Positions 44,552 through 54,640 of a stretch of DNA of 64,000 bases are shown in pieces. Below the pieces are notes generated by a model. It saw nothing but the letters and a program-made list of their open reading frames with translations. It was not told the origin of the DNA and did not search any database. The DNA comes from a virus. Each line of letters starts with the position of its first letter. The stretch's first letter is position 1. Made by a program: the position numbers and the translations under genes. The stretch covers positions 2,543 to 66,542 of IMG/VR virus record IMGVR_UViG_2936333065_000001; one strand, 5' to 3'.

Positions 44552-45008
44552 TGCATATAAGCGAGCTACAAACAAAAAGCCGTATAAGCCAAAGCCAAGA
44601 ACCAGACCTTGACCTAAGGCTAAAATTAGCTATGAGGAAGCCGAAGAAGACTTTGAAAAAGCCTTGAACATACTCGGCATCAAGTACGAGAAGAAATTTC
44701 AGTTCTTGTCTACAAAGCATTGGCGGTTTGATTTTCATCTTATTGAACACAGGATTTTAGTGGAAATATCTGGCGGTCCATGGTCAGGTGGACGTGGTGG
44801 AAAACTTGCAACAAAAGCTTGGAGCATGGAGCGTTACGATCGCGCTTATGAATTGGGTTATACAGTTGTTCGTATAGAATCGGCCAATAAATACAAGATT
44901 GATGATTCCGGGCCATTACAGATCGAATCAAACTTCGCCGTTTCATGGCTTAAAAGGTTAAAGGGGCAAACATTCAATGGACCAATACAGACCATTTCCC
45001 CAGACTGA
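44541..45008 (+). pseudogene. Second DUF559-like endonuclease with an in-frame TGA at 44610-44612
   Basis: MDVDAYKRATNKKPYKPKPRTRP*PKAK continues in frame into KHWRFDF...VEISGGPWSGGRGG. Confidence 0.65.
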
Positions 45009-45618
45009 CTTTATCGACCAAGCTGAAGAAGAGGAAGCAATTCGCATCATTGCTGCGCCAGAATTAAAAGAATGGGTGATTGCAAACTTTTTGACATTGG
45101 GCGGAGAGCTGCACAACCCGGATCATGATCATATAGCTGAGCTACTTCATGATGACGAAACGTTTCTAGCCTTTGCATGGGCATCATCTGCATTTACTCG
45201 TGCAAAGCGCATGGTGTTGGGGCAATGTGAAAAGGTGATGTTTAATCAAGGCGGTTGGAAGAAAGCACGCCAAGAACAGCAGATGCGTGACTGGTTTGGC
45301 TTTGTACCTGTTTATCTCATTACCATTGATGCTGGCTTTTGCGAGCAAGCGAGTGATCGAGAGTTTTGTGCTCTGATTGAACATGAGCTTTATCACATCG
45401 GTGTTGAGCGTGACGAAGATGGTGAGCCGCTTTATAGCGACATGACGGGATTGCCTAAACATTATTTGATAGGTCATGACGTTGAAGAGTTCGTAGGCGT
45501 AGTCAAACGTTGGGGCGCGAGTGAGAGTGTGAAGCGTCTGGTTGAAGTCGCGAAGCAGGCGCCGTTTGTATCTGAGAAAAATATAGCTGCTAGTTGTGGG
45601 ACGTGTAATTTTAATTGA
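44977..45618 (+). CDS. Putative phage metallopeptidase
   Basis: ALIEHELYHI and HDVEEFVGVV.RWG motifs. Confidence 0.85.
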   Translation: MDQYRPFPQTDFIDQAEEEEAIRIIAAPELKEWVIANFLTLGGELHNPDHDHIAELLHDDETFLAFAWASSAFTRAKRMVLGQCEKVMFNQGGWKKARQEQQMRDWFGFVPVYLITIDAGFCEQASDREFCALIEHELYHIGVERDEDGEPLYSDMTGLPKHYLIGHDVEEFVGVVKRWGASESVKRLVEVAKQAPFVSEKNIAASCGTCNFN

Positions 45619-45678
45619 GCCGAATGGCTCTTTTTTTTTGCTCATGGTGTTAGACGTAGTTAGACAACTGAGGTGTTT

Positions 45679-46128
45679 ATGGCAGCCCTAAAAGAGCCTG
45701 TAAAAATATTTATAGTTCAAGCTCTTGCATGCCGTGATACACCTCAAGAAGTTGCTGATCAGGTCTTACAGGAGTTCGGAATAACAATTGATCGCAAGCA
45801 ATGCCAATCATATGACCCAACCAAGGTCGCAGGAAAAAATCTAAGTCCGAAGTTTAAAAAGCTTTTCGATGAAACTCGAAAAAAATTTGATGCCGGTTTG
45901 GTGGATATTCCAATTGCAAAAAAACATTATCGGATGAAGCAATACGATAAATTACTTCAAAAAACTAAGAACACTGTTATGGCTTTGCGAATCATGGAGC
46001 AGGCAGCAAAGGATAGTGGTGGCTTATATACCAATAAGCAAGAGGTTGATCACACTACTAAAGGTGAATCAATAAACAAGCCAACAACAATTGAATTGGT
46101 GGCTCCAAATGTCCAAAGTACAGATTGA
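45679..46128 (+). CDS. terS: Terminase small subunit (DUF2280-like)
   Basis: FIVQALAC.DTP..VA, YDPTK..G; precedes terL. Confidence 0.85.
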   Translation: MAALKEPVKIFIVQALACRDTPQEVADQVLQEFGITIDRKQCQSYDPTKVAGKNLSPKFKKLFDETRKKFDAGLVDIPIAKKHYRMKQYDKLLQKTKNTVMALRIMEQAAKDSGGLYTNKQEVDHTTKGESINKPTTIELVAPNVQSTD

Positions 46129-47362
46129 ACTACCACCAAAATTAATTCCAATATTTAGTGCTCCTAGTGTTCGATATAGATCGTCATGGGGAGGTCGTGG
46201 TTCAGCAAAAACCAGATCATTTGCTCTCATGACTGCTATTAAGGGGTATATGTTCGCCGAAGCTGGAATAAGCGGATTAATTTTAGGTGCTCGTGAATAC
46301 ATGAATACTTTGTCCGAGTCCTCAATGGAGGAAATCAAACAGGCAATTCGTTCAGTCCCTTTCTTAAGTAAATATTATGAAATGGGAGAAAATTATATAC
46401 GCACTAAAAACCGCCGTGTTAGCTACGGGTTCGCTGGATTAAGACATAATCTTGACAGTATTAAGTCGAAAGCGCGCATATTGCTTTGTTGGGTCGATGA
46501 AGCTGAAACAGTTTCAGAAATTGCTTGGCGTAAATTATTACCTACAGTGCGTGAAGATGGTTCTGAGGTTTGGGTGACATGGAACCCTGAAAAACGTGAC
46601 AGTGCCACAAGTAAGCGATTTAGACATGAGAAAATATTTGATGATTTGACTGGTGAGCTCATTGGTGTTGGTGTTGAGATGAATTACTCAGACAATCCAT
46701 GGTTTCCAGAGGTCTTAGAAATTGAGCGTAGACAAGATCAAGCCAATCAGGACGATGCGACTTATCGCTGGATATGGGAAGGTGATTATTTAGAGCTTTC
46801 AGAAGCACAAATATTTAGAAATAAATACAAGGTTGAGGCTTTTGATGATGATCTATGGAAAACGGCAGACCGCTTATTTTTCGGTGCTGACTTTGGTTTT
46901 GCAAATGATCCAAGCACACTAATTAGATCCTTTATTCTAGAAAATACTCTCTACATTGAATATGAGGCGTTTGGGGTTGGAGTGGAATTGGATGAAATGG
47001 CTCAATTTTATGACTCAGTACCATTGTCACGCAACTGGCCAATAAAGGGTGATTGCTCTCGACCTGAGACAATTAGCTTTCTAAGGCGTCAGGGGTTCAA
47101 TATTGAAGCTGCTGAAAAATGGCAGGGTTCTGTTGAAGATGGTATTGCTCACATTAAAGGCTTTGAAAAGGTTGTGATTCATTCGCGTTGCAAACATACG
47201 CTGGAAGAATTTAGGAATTATTCATACAAAAAAGACCGCCTCACAGATGAGGTATTACCAATCATTATTGATAAGTGGAACCATGGAATTGATGCGATTC
47301 GTTATTCATTGGATGGGTACATCATGGCTCGTGGTGGAACTGGTGTCTGGTCTAGACTGTGA
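46109..47362 (+). CDS. terL: Terminase large subunit, PBSX family
   Basis: GGRGSAKT, WVDEAE, GADFGF..DP, NHGIDAIRY. Confidence 0.95.
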   Translation: MSKVQIELPPKLIPIFSAPSVRYRSSWGGRGSAKTRSFALMTAIKGYMFAEAGISGLILGAREYMNTLSESSMEEIKQAIRSVPFLSKYYEMGENYIRTKNRRVSYGFAGLRHNLDSIKSKARILLCWVDEAETVSEIAWRKLLPTVREDGSEVWVTWNPEKRDSATSKRFRHEKIFDDLTGELIGVGVEMNYSDNPWFPEVLEIERRQDQANQDDATYRWIWEGDYLELSEAQIFRNKYKVEAFDDDLWKTADRLFFGADFGFANDPSTLIRSFILENTLYIEYEAFGVGVELDEMAQFYDSVPLSRNWPIKGDCSRPETISFLRRQGFNIEAAEKWQGSVEDGIAHIKGFEKVVIHSRCKHTLEEFRNYSYKKDRLTDEVLPIIIDKWNHGIDAIRYSLDGYIMARGGTGVWSRL

Positions 47363-47371
47363 GAACTTTTA

Positions 47372-48784
47372 ATGGGATTACTTAAATTTACTGCGGATAG
47401 TTTTCAAAATTTTGCAGCACGAGTTGGGCTTGGTACTGGTAATCAGCATGACAATTCAACGTATAGTGCAAATTATCTGAGCCGAAATCGAGTGAAGCTT
47501 GAGTCAATGTATCGCTCAAGCTGGGTTGTGGGTCAGGTTGTAGATGTTGTGGCTGATGATATGACTCGCGAAGGAATTAATATGCGCGGGTTGGATTCAC
47601 CAGAAGATGCCGAGGAAATCAATCAGGAACTAGATCAGCTACAGGTCTGGGATAAGCTGAACGAGACAATTAAGTGGTCACGTCTATACGGTGGTGCAAT
47701 CGCCGTAATGTTAATTGATGGCCAGAACACCTCAACACCACTAAATACAAAAACAATTGGCAAGGATCAATTTAAAGGTCTATTGGTTCTTGATCGATGG
47801 ATGGTTACTCCCACACTCCATGATCTAGTTACAGATTTTGGACCCTACTATGGCATGCCAAAATATTACGATGTCATCACAGATTCTGTTGGGTTGTGCA
47901 ATCAACGTGTACATTACTCCCGAGTCATCCGCATGGATGGAGTAAAACTCCCTTATTGGCAATCAATTTCTGAGAATCTTTGGGGGCAGTCAGTCATTGA
48001 GCGTCTTGAGGATCGCTTAACGATTTTTGATAGCGCTACTTTGGGTGCGGGTCAACTTGTTTATAAAGCACACTTGCGCACTTATAAAGTAAAAGGGTTG
48101 AGAGATATTATTGCGGCTGGTGGGCGTGCTTTTGATGGTTTAGTTAAGCAAATTGAACATATTCGTTTATGGCAATCGAATGAGGGTTTAACGCTCATGG
48201 ATGCGGAGGATGTATTTGAAACCAATCAATATAATTTTAGCGGACTAGATGACATCTTGATGCAGTTTGGACAGCAAATATCTGGTGCAACCCAAATTCC
48301 GCTTGTGCGTTTATTCGGCCAGTCCCCTGCGGGCATGAATGCTACAGGTGAGTCGGATCTGTCGAACTACTACGACAATATCAACCAGCAACAAGAAGGT
48401 CGTATGCGTACGCCGTTGCAAACGCTGATTGAAGTTGTATCGCTATCTAAGATGGGTAAGGCTTTACCTGATTCATTCAAATTTGACTTTGCTTCACTTT
48501 GGCAGATTGATGAAAAGGTTAAGGCTGAGGTGGCAAATACGATTGTTCAGGCTGTCTCAACTGCCGAGGAAAACGGTTTAATTAGCCGTAGTACTGCCCT
48601 TAAAGAACTGCGTCAATCATCTGAAGTTACGGGCGTGTTTTCGCATATCACCGATGAGGAAATTGAAAATGCGGACGATGATCCACCGCCACCCCGGAGC
48701 AAGTTAGAAGATGAAGAACCAAATCAACCGACTGACACCGCACCGGGCGCGGAAAATGGAGATAAGGTACAGTCAGCAGCTTAG
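47372..48784 (+). CDS. Portal protein (DUF1073 family)
   Basis: VDVVADDMTREG, RLYGG, IPLVRLFGQSPAG.NATGESD..NYYD. Confidence 0.92.
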   Translation: MGLLKFTADSFQNFAARVGLGTGNQHDNSTYSANYLSRNRVKLESMYRSSWVVGQVVDVVADDMTREGINMRGLDSPEDAEEINQELDQLQVWDKLNETIKWSRLYGGAIAVMLIDGQNTSTPLNTKTIGKDQFKGLLVLDRWMVTPTLHDLVTDFGPYYGMPKYYDVITDSVGLCNQRVHYSRVIRMDGVKLPYWQSISENLWGQSVIERLEDRLTIFDSATLGAGQLVYKAHLRTYKVKGLRDIIAAGGRAFDGLVKQIEHIRLWQSNEGLTLMDAEDVFETNQYNFSGLDDILMQFGQQISGATQIPLVRLFGQSPAGMNATGESDLSNYYDNINQQQEGRMRTPLQTLIEVVSLSKMGKALPDSFKFDFASLWQIDEKVKAEVANTIVQAVSTAEENGLISRSTALKELRQSSEVTGVFSHITDEEIENADDDPPPPRSKLEDEEPNQPTDTAPGAENGDKVQSAA

Positions 48785-49454
48785 AAAAATTGCTGGCTAT
48801 ATCGATACAATCGTTAAGGGCTTTGATGTAAATAACCCTCAAACCTATCCTTTGATTGTTGCCGCATTGAATGAGTACAGCAACACGCTAGAGCACTGGG
48901 CCAAGAATGCAGCCGGTCGTATCATCACTGACGTTTCATTGCGTGATGAGAAAACATGGCTCATTTACGCGCAAGACTTGTCACGTGGTGTGAAAGATCA
49001 GATTCGTAATACTGATGTCGGTGCGGTATATCAGCAGCTCTTACATGAGCAAGTACGATTGATTAAGTCATTGCCATTAGAAGCCGCGCAAAGGATTCAG
49101 GATCTATCGACGCGGTCACTCATCGAGGGCAGCCGAGCAAGTGAAATCTCAAGCATGATCATGGCAAGTGGTCATGTTGCAAAGTCCAGAGCAAATACAA
49201 TTGCGCGTACTGAGATTAGCCGAGCACAGAGCATATTTACTCAGGCCAGAGCTGAGAACTTAGGCTCTGAGGGTTATATCTGGCGTACCAGTGAAGATGA
49301 GGATGTGCGTAAGCGACACCATGAATTAAATGGTAAATTTATCTACTGGGATGAACCGCCAATCATGGATGTTAAGTCTGGTCGCCGTGCGCATGCGGGG
49401 TGCGATATTAATTGTAGATGTTATCCCGAACCCGTTATTCCTGATGATTATTGA
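48711..49454 (+). CDS. Head morphogenesis protein (SPP1 gp7 / Mu gpF-like)
   Basis: IARTE, YIW....D..VR..H, INCRC motifs. Confidence 0.92.
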   Translation: MKNQINRLTPHRARKMEIRYSQQLRKIAGYIDTIVKGFDVNNPQTYPLIVAALNEYSNTLEHWAKNAAGRIITDVSLRDEKTWLIYAQDLSRGVKDQIRNTDVGAVYQQLLHEQVRLIKSLPLEAAQRIQDLSTRSLIEGSRASEISSMIMASGHVAKSRANTIARTEISRAQSIFTQARAENLGSEGYIWRTSEDEDVRKRHHELNGKFIYWDEPPIMDVKSGRRAHAGCDINCRCYPEPVIPDDY

Positions 49455-49496
49455 CCACCGTAAGGTGGTTTTTTTACGCCTAAACATAGGTGATGT

Positions 49497-50810
49497 ATGG
49501 CAAAGAAAAAAACCAAAGATCAAAAAACTGTTGATCGATCAAATATTTTCACCACTGGACTGATTGGCAGTACACGGGAAACCACACCTGAGGGTTACTT
49601 ACTTTGTCGTGATGTGCCAGTCGCACGAATCGGCACGCTGATGTATGGCGAAGGTGAAGTGCCTGTAACTGCTGACAGTACCGGATTGATTCTGATTCAG
49701 CGCGGTGAAGATGTCTTATTCGATCCTAAAACGATTGCTTCATTTGAGGGTAAGCCTGTTACGGATGATCATCCGGATGATTGGGTAACGCCGGAGAACT
49801 GGAAAGAGCTTTCAAAAGGATTCGGTAAAGATGTGCGCCGTGGTGATGGCCATCTTTCTGATTTCTTAGTCGCAGATCTGCTAATCACAGATAAAAAAAC
49901 CATTCAGGCGGTTATGGATGGAAAAGTGGAAATCTCGCTTGGTTACGATGCTGATTACATTGAGATCAGCAAGGGCAAGGGGATGCAAAGCAACATCATG
50001 GGCAATCATTTTGCCTTAGTTGAAAAAGGGCGTTGCGGTTCCCGCTGCTCAATAGGAGATAGTTTTATGTCTACCAAGACAAAAAAGAAAAAAGTCAGTA
50101 TTGGCGATCGTATTCGTAATTTGGTTAAAACCAAAGATGCGGATGAAGCTGAAAAAATTGCGAAGGCGGTTGAGGATGAGGCGCCGGATATTGAAACCGA
50201 GGATGAAGATCCTGAGGATGAATCTGGCACCCAAACTGGTGATGCTGTGAATCTTCAAATCCTTAAAATGCTCAAAACAATGGATTCACGTTTGGTGGCC
50301 TTAGAGAAGAAAAAAACCAAGGATTCTGATGATCCTGAAAAGAAAACTGAGGATGAGGAAGAAGAAACCGAAACCACGGACAATGGAGATCTAACAACTC
50401 CAAACCCAGCAGAAAAACTGGATGAATCAGGCACTCAAACTTATACCGGTGACTCACTCAAAGAAGTGATGTCACGTGCGGAAATCCTTTCACCTGGTTA
50501 CCGCATGCCAACATTCGATAGCGTGAACAATGGTAAAGCCGTATTGAATGCAAAACGTTCAGTATTAAAGCAGGCTCATGCGACAGAAGACGGTCAAAAA
50601 GCCATTTCGCCGTTCGTGGGTGCAAATCCAGACTTTGACAAGTTGCCCGCGCATACGATTGATGCTGCATTCGCTGGCGCTTCTGAACTCATCAAGCAGC
50701 AGAACAATATGAAAGGCGTTCGCTCAGGTATCTCTACCAAAGATTTTGGTAAGGCACCTATGACACCTGCTGAAATTAACGCACGCAACCGTTCCCACTA
50801 TGGCAACTAA
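49497..50810 (+). CDS. Prohead protease/scaffold (DUF2213 family)
   Basis: TPEGYL.C, PVTDDHP, EISLGYD, NH.ALV..GRCG; acidic scaffold region. Confidence 0.9.
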   Translation: MAKKKTKDQKTVDRSNIFTTGLIGSTRETTPEGYLLCRDVPVARIGTLMYGEGEVPVTADSTGLILIQRGEDVLFDPKTIASFEGKPVTDDHPDDWVTPENWKELSKGFGKDVRRGDGHLSDFLVADLLITDKKTIQAVMDGKVEISLGYDADYIEISKGKGMQSNIMGNHFALVEKGRCGSRCSIGDSFMSTKTKKKKVSIGDRIRNLVKTKDADEAEKIAKAVEDEAPDIETEDEDPEDESGTQTGDAVNLQILKMLKTMDSRLVALEKKKTKDSDDPEKKTEDEEEETETTDNGDLTTPNPAEKLDESGTQTYTGDSLKEVMSRAEILSPGYRMPTFDSVNNGKAVLNAKRSVLKQAHATEDGQKAISPFVGANPDFDKLPAHTIDAAFAGASELIKQQNNMKGVRSGISTKDFGKAPMTPAEINARNRSHYGN

Positions 50811-50822
50811 GGATAAAACATA

Positions 50823-51311
50823 ATGAGCAATGCATTTTTATATCGCATGCCTTCTGGCATTCCGGGCGATGTTTCTCGAAAATCTCAATCAACGATTGAA
50901 TCGCATCATGTAGGTGGTCAATTCGCTGCGTTTGGCCTATTCGGCAAGTTATCGGCCACGACTGGTGATTTTGTTCCGTTGGAGTCTACTGACACCGCTG
51001 CCGCCGTTTATGGCCTTTTGGTTCGCGCTTATCCAACTCAATCGGCGCAAAATGAACTTGGTAAAGCGGTACCGACTGCATCGGGCATTCAAGATGCCTT
51101 AGTCCGCGGTTATATGACAGTGAAGTGTAATGCGGGTACTGCGAAAAAAGCAGGTAAGGTTTACGTTCGTGTTGCTGCGGGTACCACTGCAAAACCTATC
51201 GGTGGTATTGAAGCGGTAGCAGACTCCACAAACACAATTGAAATCACCAAAGCCATGTTTATGCACGATGCAGATGCACAAGGCAATGTTGAAATCGCAT
51301 TCAATATCTAA
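50823..51311 (+). CDS. Capsid decoration/cement protein
   Basis: Between protease and capsid genes; RMPSGIPG and RGYMTV motifs. Confidence 0.75.
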   Translation: MSNAFLYRMPSGIPGDVSRKSQSTIESHHVGGQFAAFGLFGKLSATTGDFVPLESTDTAAAVYGLLVRAYPTQSAQNELGKAVPTASGIQDALVRGYMTVKCNAGTAKKAGKVYVRVAAGTTAKPIGGIEAVADSTNTIEITKAMFMHDADAQGNVEIAFNI

Positions 51312-51373
51312 AAAATCAATTTAAGGCACGGCTCGCATTTAGCGAGTTTTTTTGTGCTTGGAGAAAATGAAAC

Positions 51374-52399
51374 ATGGGTAAATTACTCTTAGCTCATACC
51401 ATGGCGGCTGCTGTGGCGATGGGTACTGCTAAGCCTGTTCGTGCTCGTACCCGCGATCAATGGCAAACGTTTGATGCACAGACGATTGATAGTACCGGTG
51501 CATTTCTTGTTGGTGAACTTGAGCGCTTAGATCCGACCATTCATGAGCCATTGGCTGACGTGACTTGGGGGCGTGATATCGACTTGCGATCAGATGTCTC
51601 AATTGCAGATGAAGTATCGAGCTTTAGCAATGCTACATTTGCAGCGGCAGGAGGTGCATCACCAAAAGGCAAATCGTGGGTAGGTAAGAATGCTGATGCG
51701 ATTGCGGGCATTGCGCTTGATATCGGCAAAACTGCTCAGCCATTAACGTTGTGGGGCATGCAGATTGGCTGGACAATTCCAGAACTGGAGTCTGCTAAAA
51801 AGCTTGGTCGCCCGATTGATAACATGAAACATAGCGGGCTGATCTTAAAGCACAACATGGATGTCGATGAGCAAGTCTATATCGGCGATGAAATGATTGG
51901 CGTTGAAGGTTTGCTTAACTCATCAAAAGTGGGCGCAACAAACGTTAATAAGGAATGGAAGACTGCGACTGCAGATGAAATTCTCGAAGATGTGAACATG
52001 ATTTTATATAACGCATGGGTTGCATCTGGCTTTGCTGTTTGTCCATCTAAAGTCCTGTTACCGCCTGAGCAATTTGGCCTACTTGTAACTCATAAAGTAT
52101 CCGATGCAGGTAATATCTCGATTCTTGAATACATTAAAGTCAACTGTATTTCTAATGCGAAAAACGGTAAGCCTTTGGATATTCAGCCATCTAAATGGTG
52201 TGTTGGTCGTGGTACCGCTGGTACTGACCGAATGATGTGCTACACACAATCTGAAAATCGTGTTCGCTTTCCAATGGTGCCATTGCAGCGTACGCCGATT
52301 GAATATCGTGACTTGCGTCAATTGACCACTTACTTTGGCCGCTTGGGTGTGGTTGAGTGGGTTTACCCTGAAACCGCATACTATGCCGATGGCCTGTAA
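51374..52399 (+). CDS. Major capsid protein (DUF2184 family)
   Basis: GAFLVGELERLD...EPL, GLLN, GVVEWVYPET..Y.DG. Confidence 0.92.
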   Translation: MGKLLLAHTMAAAVAMGTAKPVRARTRDQWQTFDAQTIDSTGAFLVGELERLDPTIHEPLADVTWGRDIDLRSDVSIADEVSSFSNATFAAAGGASPKGKSWVGKNADAIAGIALDIGKTAQPLTLWGMQIGWTIPELESAKKLGRPIDNMKHSGLILKHNMDVDEQVYIGDEMIGVEGLLNSSKVGATNVNKEWKTATADEILEDVNMILYNAWVASGFAVCPSKVLLPPEQFGLLVTHKVSDAGNISILEYIKVNCISNAKNGKPLDIQPSKWCVGRGTAGTDRMMCYTQSENRVRFPMVPLQRTPIEYRDLRQLTTYFGRLGVVEWVYPETAYYADGL

Positions 52400-52410
52400 G
52401 GATATTCCAA

Positions 52411-52827
52411 ATGTCTAAGATGGTTAAGATTCTACTTTCTCGCCCATTAACGGTAAACCTTGGCAAAGATGAAAATGGGCAAGTCAAGTCGGTTCAGCTT
52501 CAAGCAGGCTTTCAAGAAGTCGAACAGGAAGTTGCTGAAAACTGGTTTGTGGCCGCGCATTGCCAAGAAATCAGCAGTGACGATGCACAAAATGCAGAGC
52601 TTCAGGCGCAATTAGATAAAGCGCTTGCTGATCTGGATACGCTTCAAGCCCAGTCGGATGCAGCTACAGCCAAAATCAATGAGCTTGAAAGTACAGTCAA
52701 AGAGCGCGATCAAACGATCAAAGATCTTGAGATTCGTGCGATCAAAGCTGAACAAGCCCAGTCGGATGCAGCTAAAAGCGCAGATACTTCGGCTGCAGAT
52801 ACTGCAAAAACAACAAAGGCAAAATAA
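52411..52827 (+). CDS. Capsid-adjacent coiled-coil hypothetical protein
   Basis: G.QEV..EVAENWFV.AH followed by coiled coil. Confidence 0.75.
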   Translation: MSKMVKILLSRPLTVNLGKDENGQVKSVQLQAGFQEVEQEVAENWFVAAHCQEISSDDAQNAELQAQLDKALADLDTLQAQSDAATAKINELESTVKERDQTIKDLEIRAIKAEQAQSDAAKSADTSAADTAKTTKAK

Positions 52828-52829
52828 TC

Positions 52830-53234
52830 ATGATTACTGAATCATCTTTTCGTGAAGTTATGCCGATGTTTGCTGATGTTATGGAATATCCATCATTTCA
52901 GTTCAATTTCTACTTAAACCTAGGAAAAAAACTACTGCCCGTTTCGCGTTGGGGTGATCCAAATGATCCTGATAGCCTGCTTGATTATGGTCTAACTCTG
53001 TTCATTGCCCATTACTTGACCTTATTTAAGCGATCTATGGATTTATCTGACATAGGTGGTGATGCGGGAAAAGTAGCGGGTAATGAAACGTCTAAATCAG
53101 TTGATAGTGTTGCCAAGTCGATGGATGTATCGGGTTTGCTTAATACAGATGCCGGTCATTGGAACATGACAACCTTCGGCATTCAATTCTATCAACTCAT
53201 GATGATGGCGGGTGCGGGAGGTATTCAGCTATGA
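52830..53234 (+). CDS. Head-tail adaptor (DUF4054-like)
   Basis: FR...P.F.D...YP, LFIAHYL, WN.T.FG.QF. Confidence 0.85.
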   Translation: MITESSFREVMPMFADVMEYPSFQFNFYLNLGKKLLPVSRWGDPNDPDSLLDYGLTLFIAHYLTLFKRSMDLSDIGGDAGKVAGNETSKSVDSVAKSMDVSGLLNTDAGHWNMTTFGIQFYQLMMMAGAGGIQL

Positions 53235-53731
53235 GTGGTGTTACTTCTTCTGGAAACGGCCTAATGGATATCTTAAACGCTGTTTCTGAACTTTCTCAAA
53301 TCGATGTGCTTGTTGGTGTGCCACATGGAGAAACACGCACCGATGGCGATGGCATGACTAATGCTGCGATTGGTTATCTGTTAGAAACTGGCTCACCAGC
53401 AATGAATCTTCCCCCACGCCCACACTTGGTGTCGGGTGTTGAGGAAGTTCAGGACATCATTGGCGAAAAACTTTCGTACGCAGTAGATGCAGCGCTCACA
53501 GGCAACATTAAGCGCATGTATTTCTATCTTGAATCGGCAGGCATGAAAGCAACCATGAATGTGAAAAAGTTCATTAATGCAGGTGACTTTGCACCTTTGG
53601 CCCCTCTGACTATCCGAGAGCGTAAGCGCCGTGGTCGTAAATCAGAAAAGCCTTTGGTAGACACTGGCCAATATCGTAACTCTCACACCTACGTCATCAT
53701 GAAAAAAGACGAGGAGATCAAACGTGCCTAA
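53231..53731 (+). CDS. Neck / tail completion protein
   Basis: E.GSP..N.PPRP, PLAP.TI..R, KPLVDTG. Confidence 0.8.
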   Translation: MSGVTSSGNGLMDILNAVSELSQIDVLVGVPHGETRTDGDGMTNAAIGYLLETGSPAMNLPPRPHLVSGVEEVQDIIGEKLSYAVDAALTGNIKRMYFYLESAGMKATMNVKKFINAGDFAPLAPLTIRERKRRGRKSEKPLVDTGQYRNSHTYVIMKKDEEIKRA

Positions 53732-54092
53732 TTTAGACGTATCTGATGTTCTTCTTGATCCTGATTTTATGACGAAGGATTTGAAGTGTAAGCGGGTTTC
53801 TGTTGTGGTTGGTGGCAATGGACGACCCAATAAAACTGAACAAGAGTTTCAATTTAGTGGTGTGGTAACAACAAATAGCGGTCAGAACATGGATCGTCGT
53901 GAGGATGGTACGCTTATAAAAGGTGCGATCAATATCCACACCAAAACTCAACTGACCGCAGGTGATAATGATCATCAGGCAGATGAAATCACATGGAAAG
54001 GTAAAACTTACTATGTAGTTCAGGTGCTTGATAATTTGCATTATGGCCGTGGGTTCAATAAAGCCATCTGTGATCTAAAACCACTGGGGTAA
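53724..54092 (+). CDS. Head closure protein
   Basis: LDVSDVLLDPDF, AD.I.W.G..Y; position. Confidence 0.75.
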   Translation: MPNLDVSDVLLDPDFMTKDLKCKRVSVVVGGNGRPNKTEQEFQFSGVVTTNSGQNMDRREDGTLIKGAINIHTKTQLTAGDNDHQADEITWKGKTYYVVQVLDNLHYGRGFNKAICDLKPLG

Positions 54093-54094
54093 AT

Positions 54095-54631
54095 ATGGGT
54101 GATTCTGCTACAGGCGGTTATATACCACCGAGCGGAAATGTTGCCTATGACCAAGAACTAGAAGATATATTTCAAGCTTTTATTGTGGGGATTACATCTC
54201 TGCAAGGTCATTTTGTACGTCCTCGATGGCAAGAAGATCCACCACCAATGCCAAACAAAGGTGAGAGCTGGTGTGCATTCGGTATTAAATCAATTCAACC
54301 AGATGATGGTCCATTGTTTGAACAACATGATGAAAGTATGGATTCCATTCGGCACGAGGCTATAAAAGTTTTTTTATCCTTCTACGGCAATCAAGGGCAA
54401 CAGACTGCACATATCTTCAGGGATGGTCTAGGCATTCCGCAAAACATCGCTCAATTACGTGAGCATAAAATCAAATATATAGGCTGCGGTGAAATCATTG
54501 CCGCACCTGATTTTCTGAACAATCAATACGTGCATCGCTATGATCTGGTCGTCAATTTCAGACGTAAGACTCAACGGACGTATGCAATCAAAACATTTAA
54601 CAGTTATCAAATCGATACTCATCGAAATTAG
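54095..54631 (+). CDS. Neck/tail terminator protein
   Basis: VRPRWQ..PP motif; precedes the sheath gene. Confidence 0.75.
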   Translation: MGDSATGGYIPPSGNVAYDQELEDIFQAFIVGITSLQGHFVRPRWQEDPPPMPNKGESWCAFGIKSIQPDDGPLFEQHDESMDSIRHEAIKVFLSFYGNQGQQTAHIFRDGLGIPQNIAQLREHKIKYIGCGEIIAAPDFLNNQYVHRYDLVVNFRRKTQRTYAIKTFNSYQIDTHRN

Positions 54632-54640
54632 GAGTCTTCA

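Noticed and set aside
47372..48784. Anti-CBASS Acb1 label sometimes attached to DUF1073 proteins
   Set aside because: Size and position after terL identify a plain portal; no extra phosphoesterase domain is evident
51374..52399. Encapsulin/bacteriocin
   Set aside because: It lies in a complete phage head operon, so it is the major capsid protein
52645..52774. 22-bp direct repeat CAAGCCCAGTCGGATGCAGCTA
   Set aside because: 108-bp period within a coiled-coil gene; an ordinary intragenic duplication without CRISPR-like dimensions
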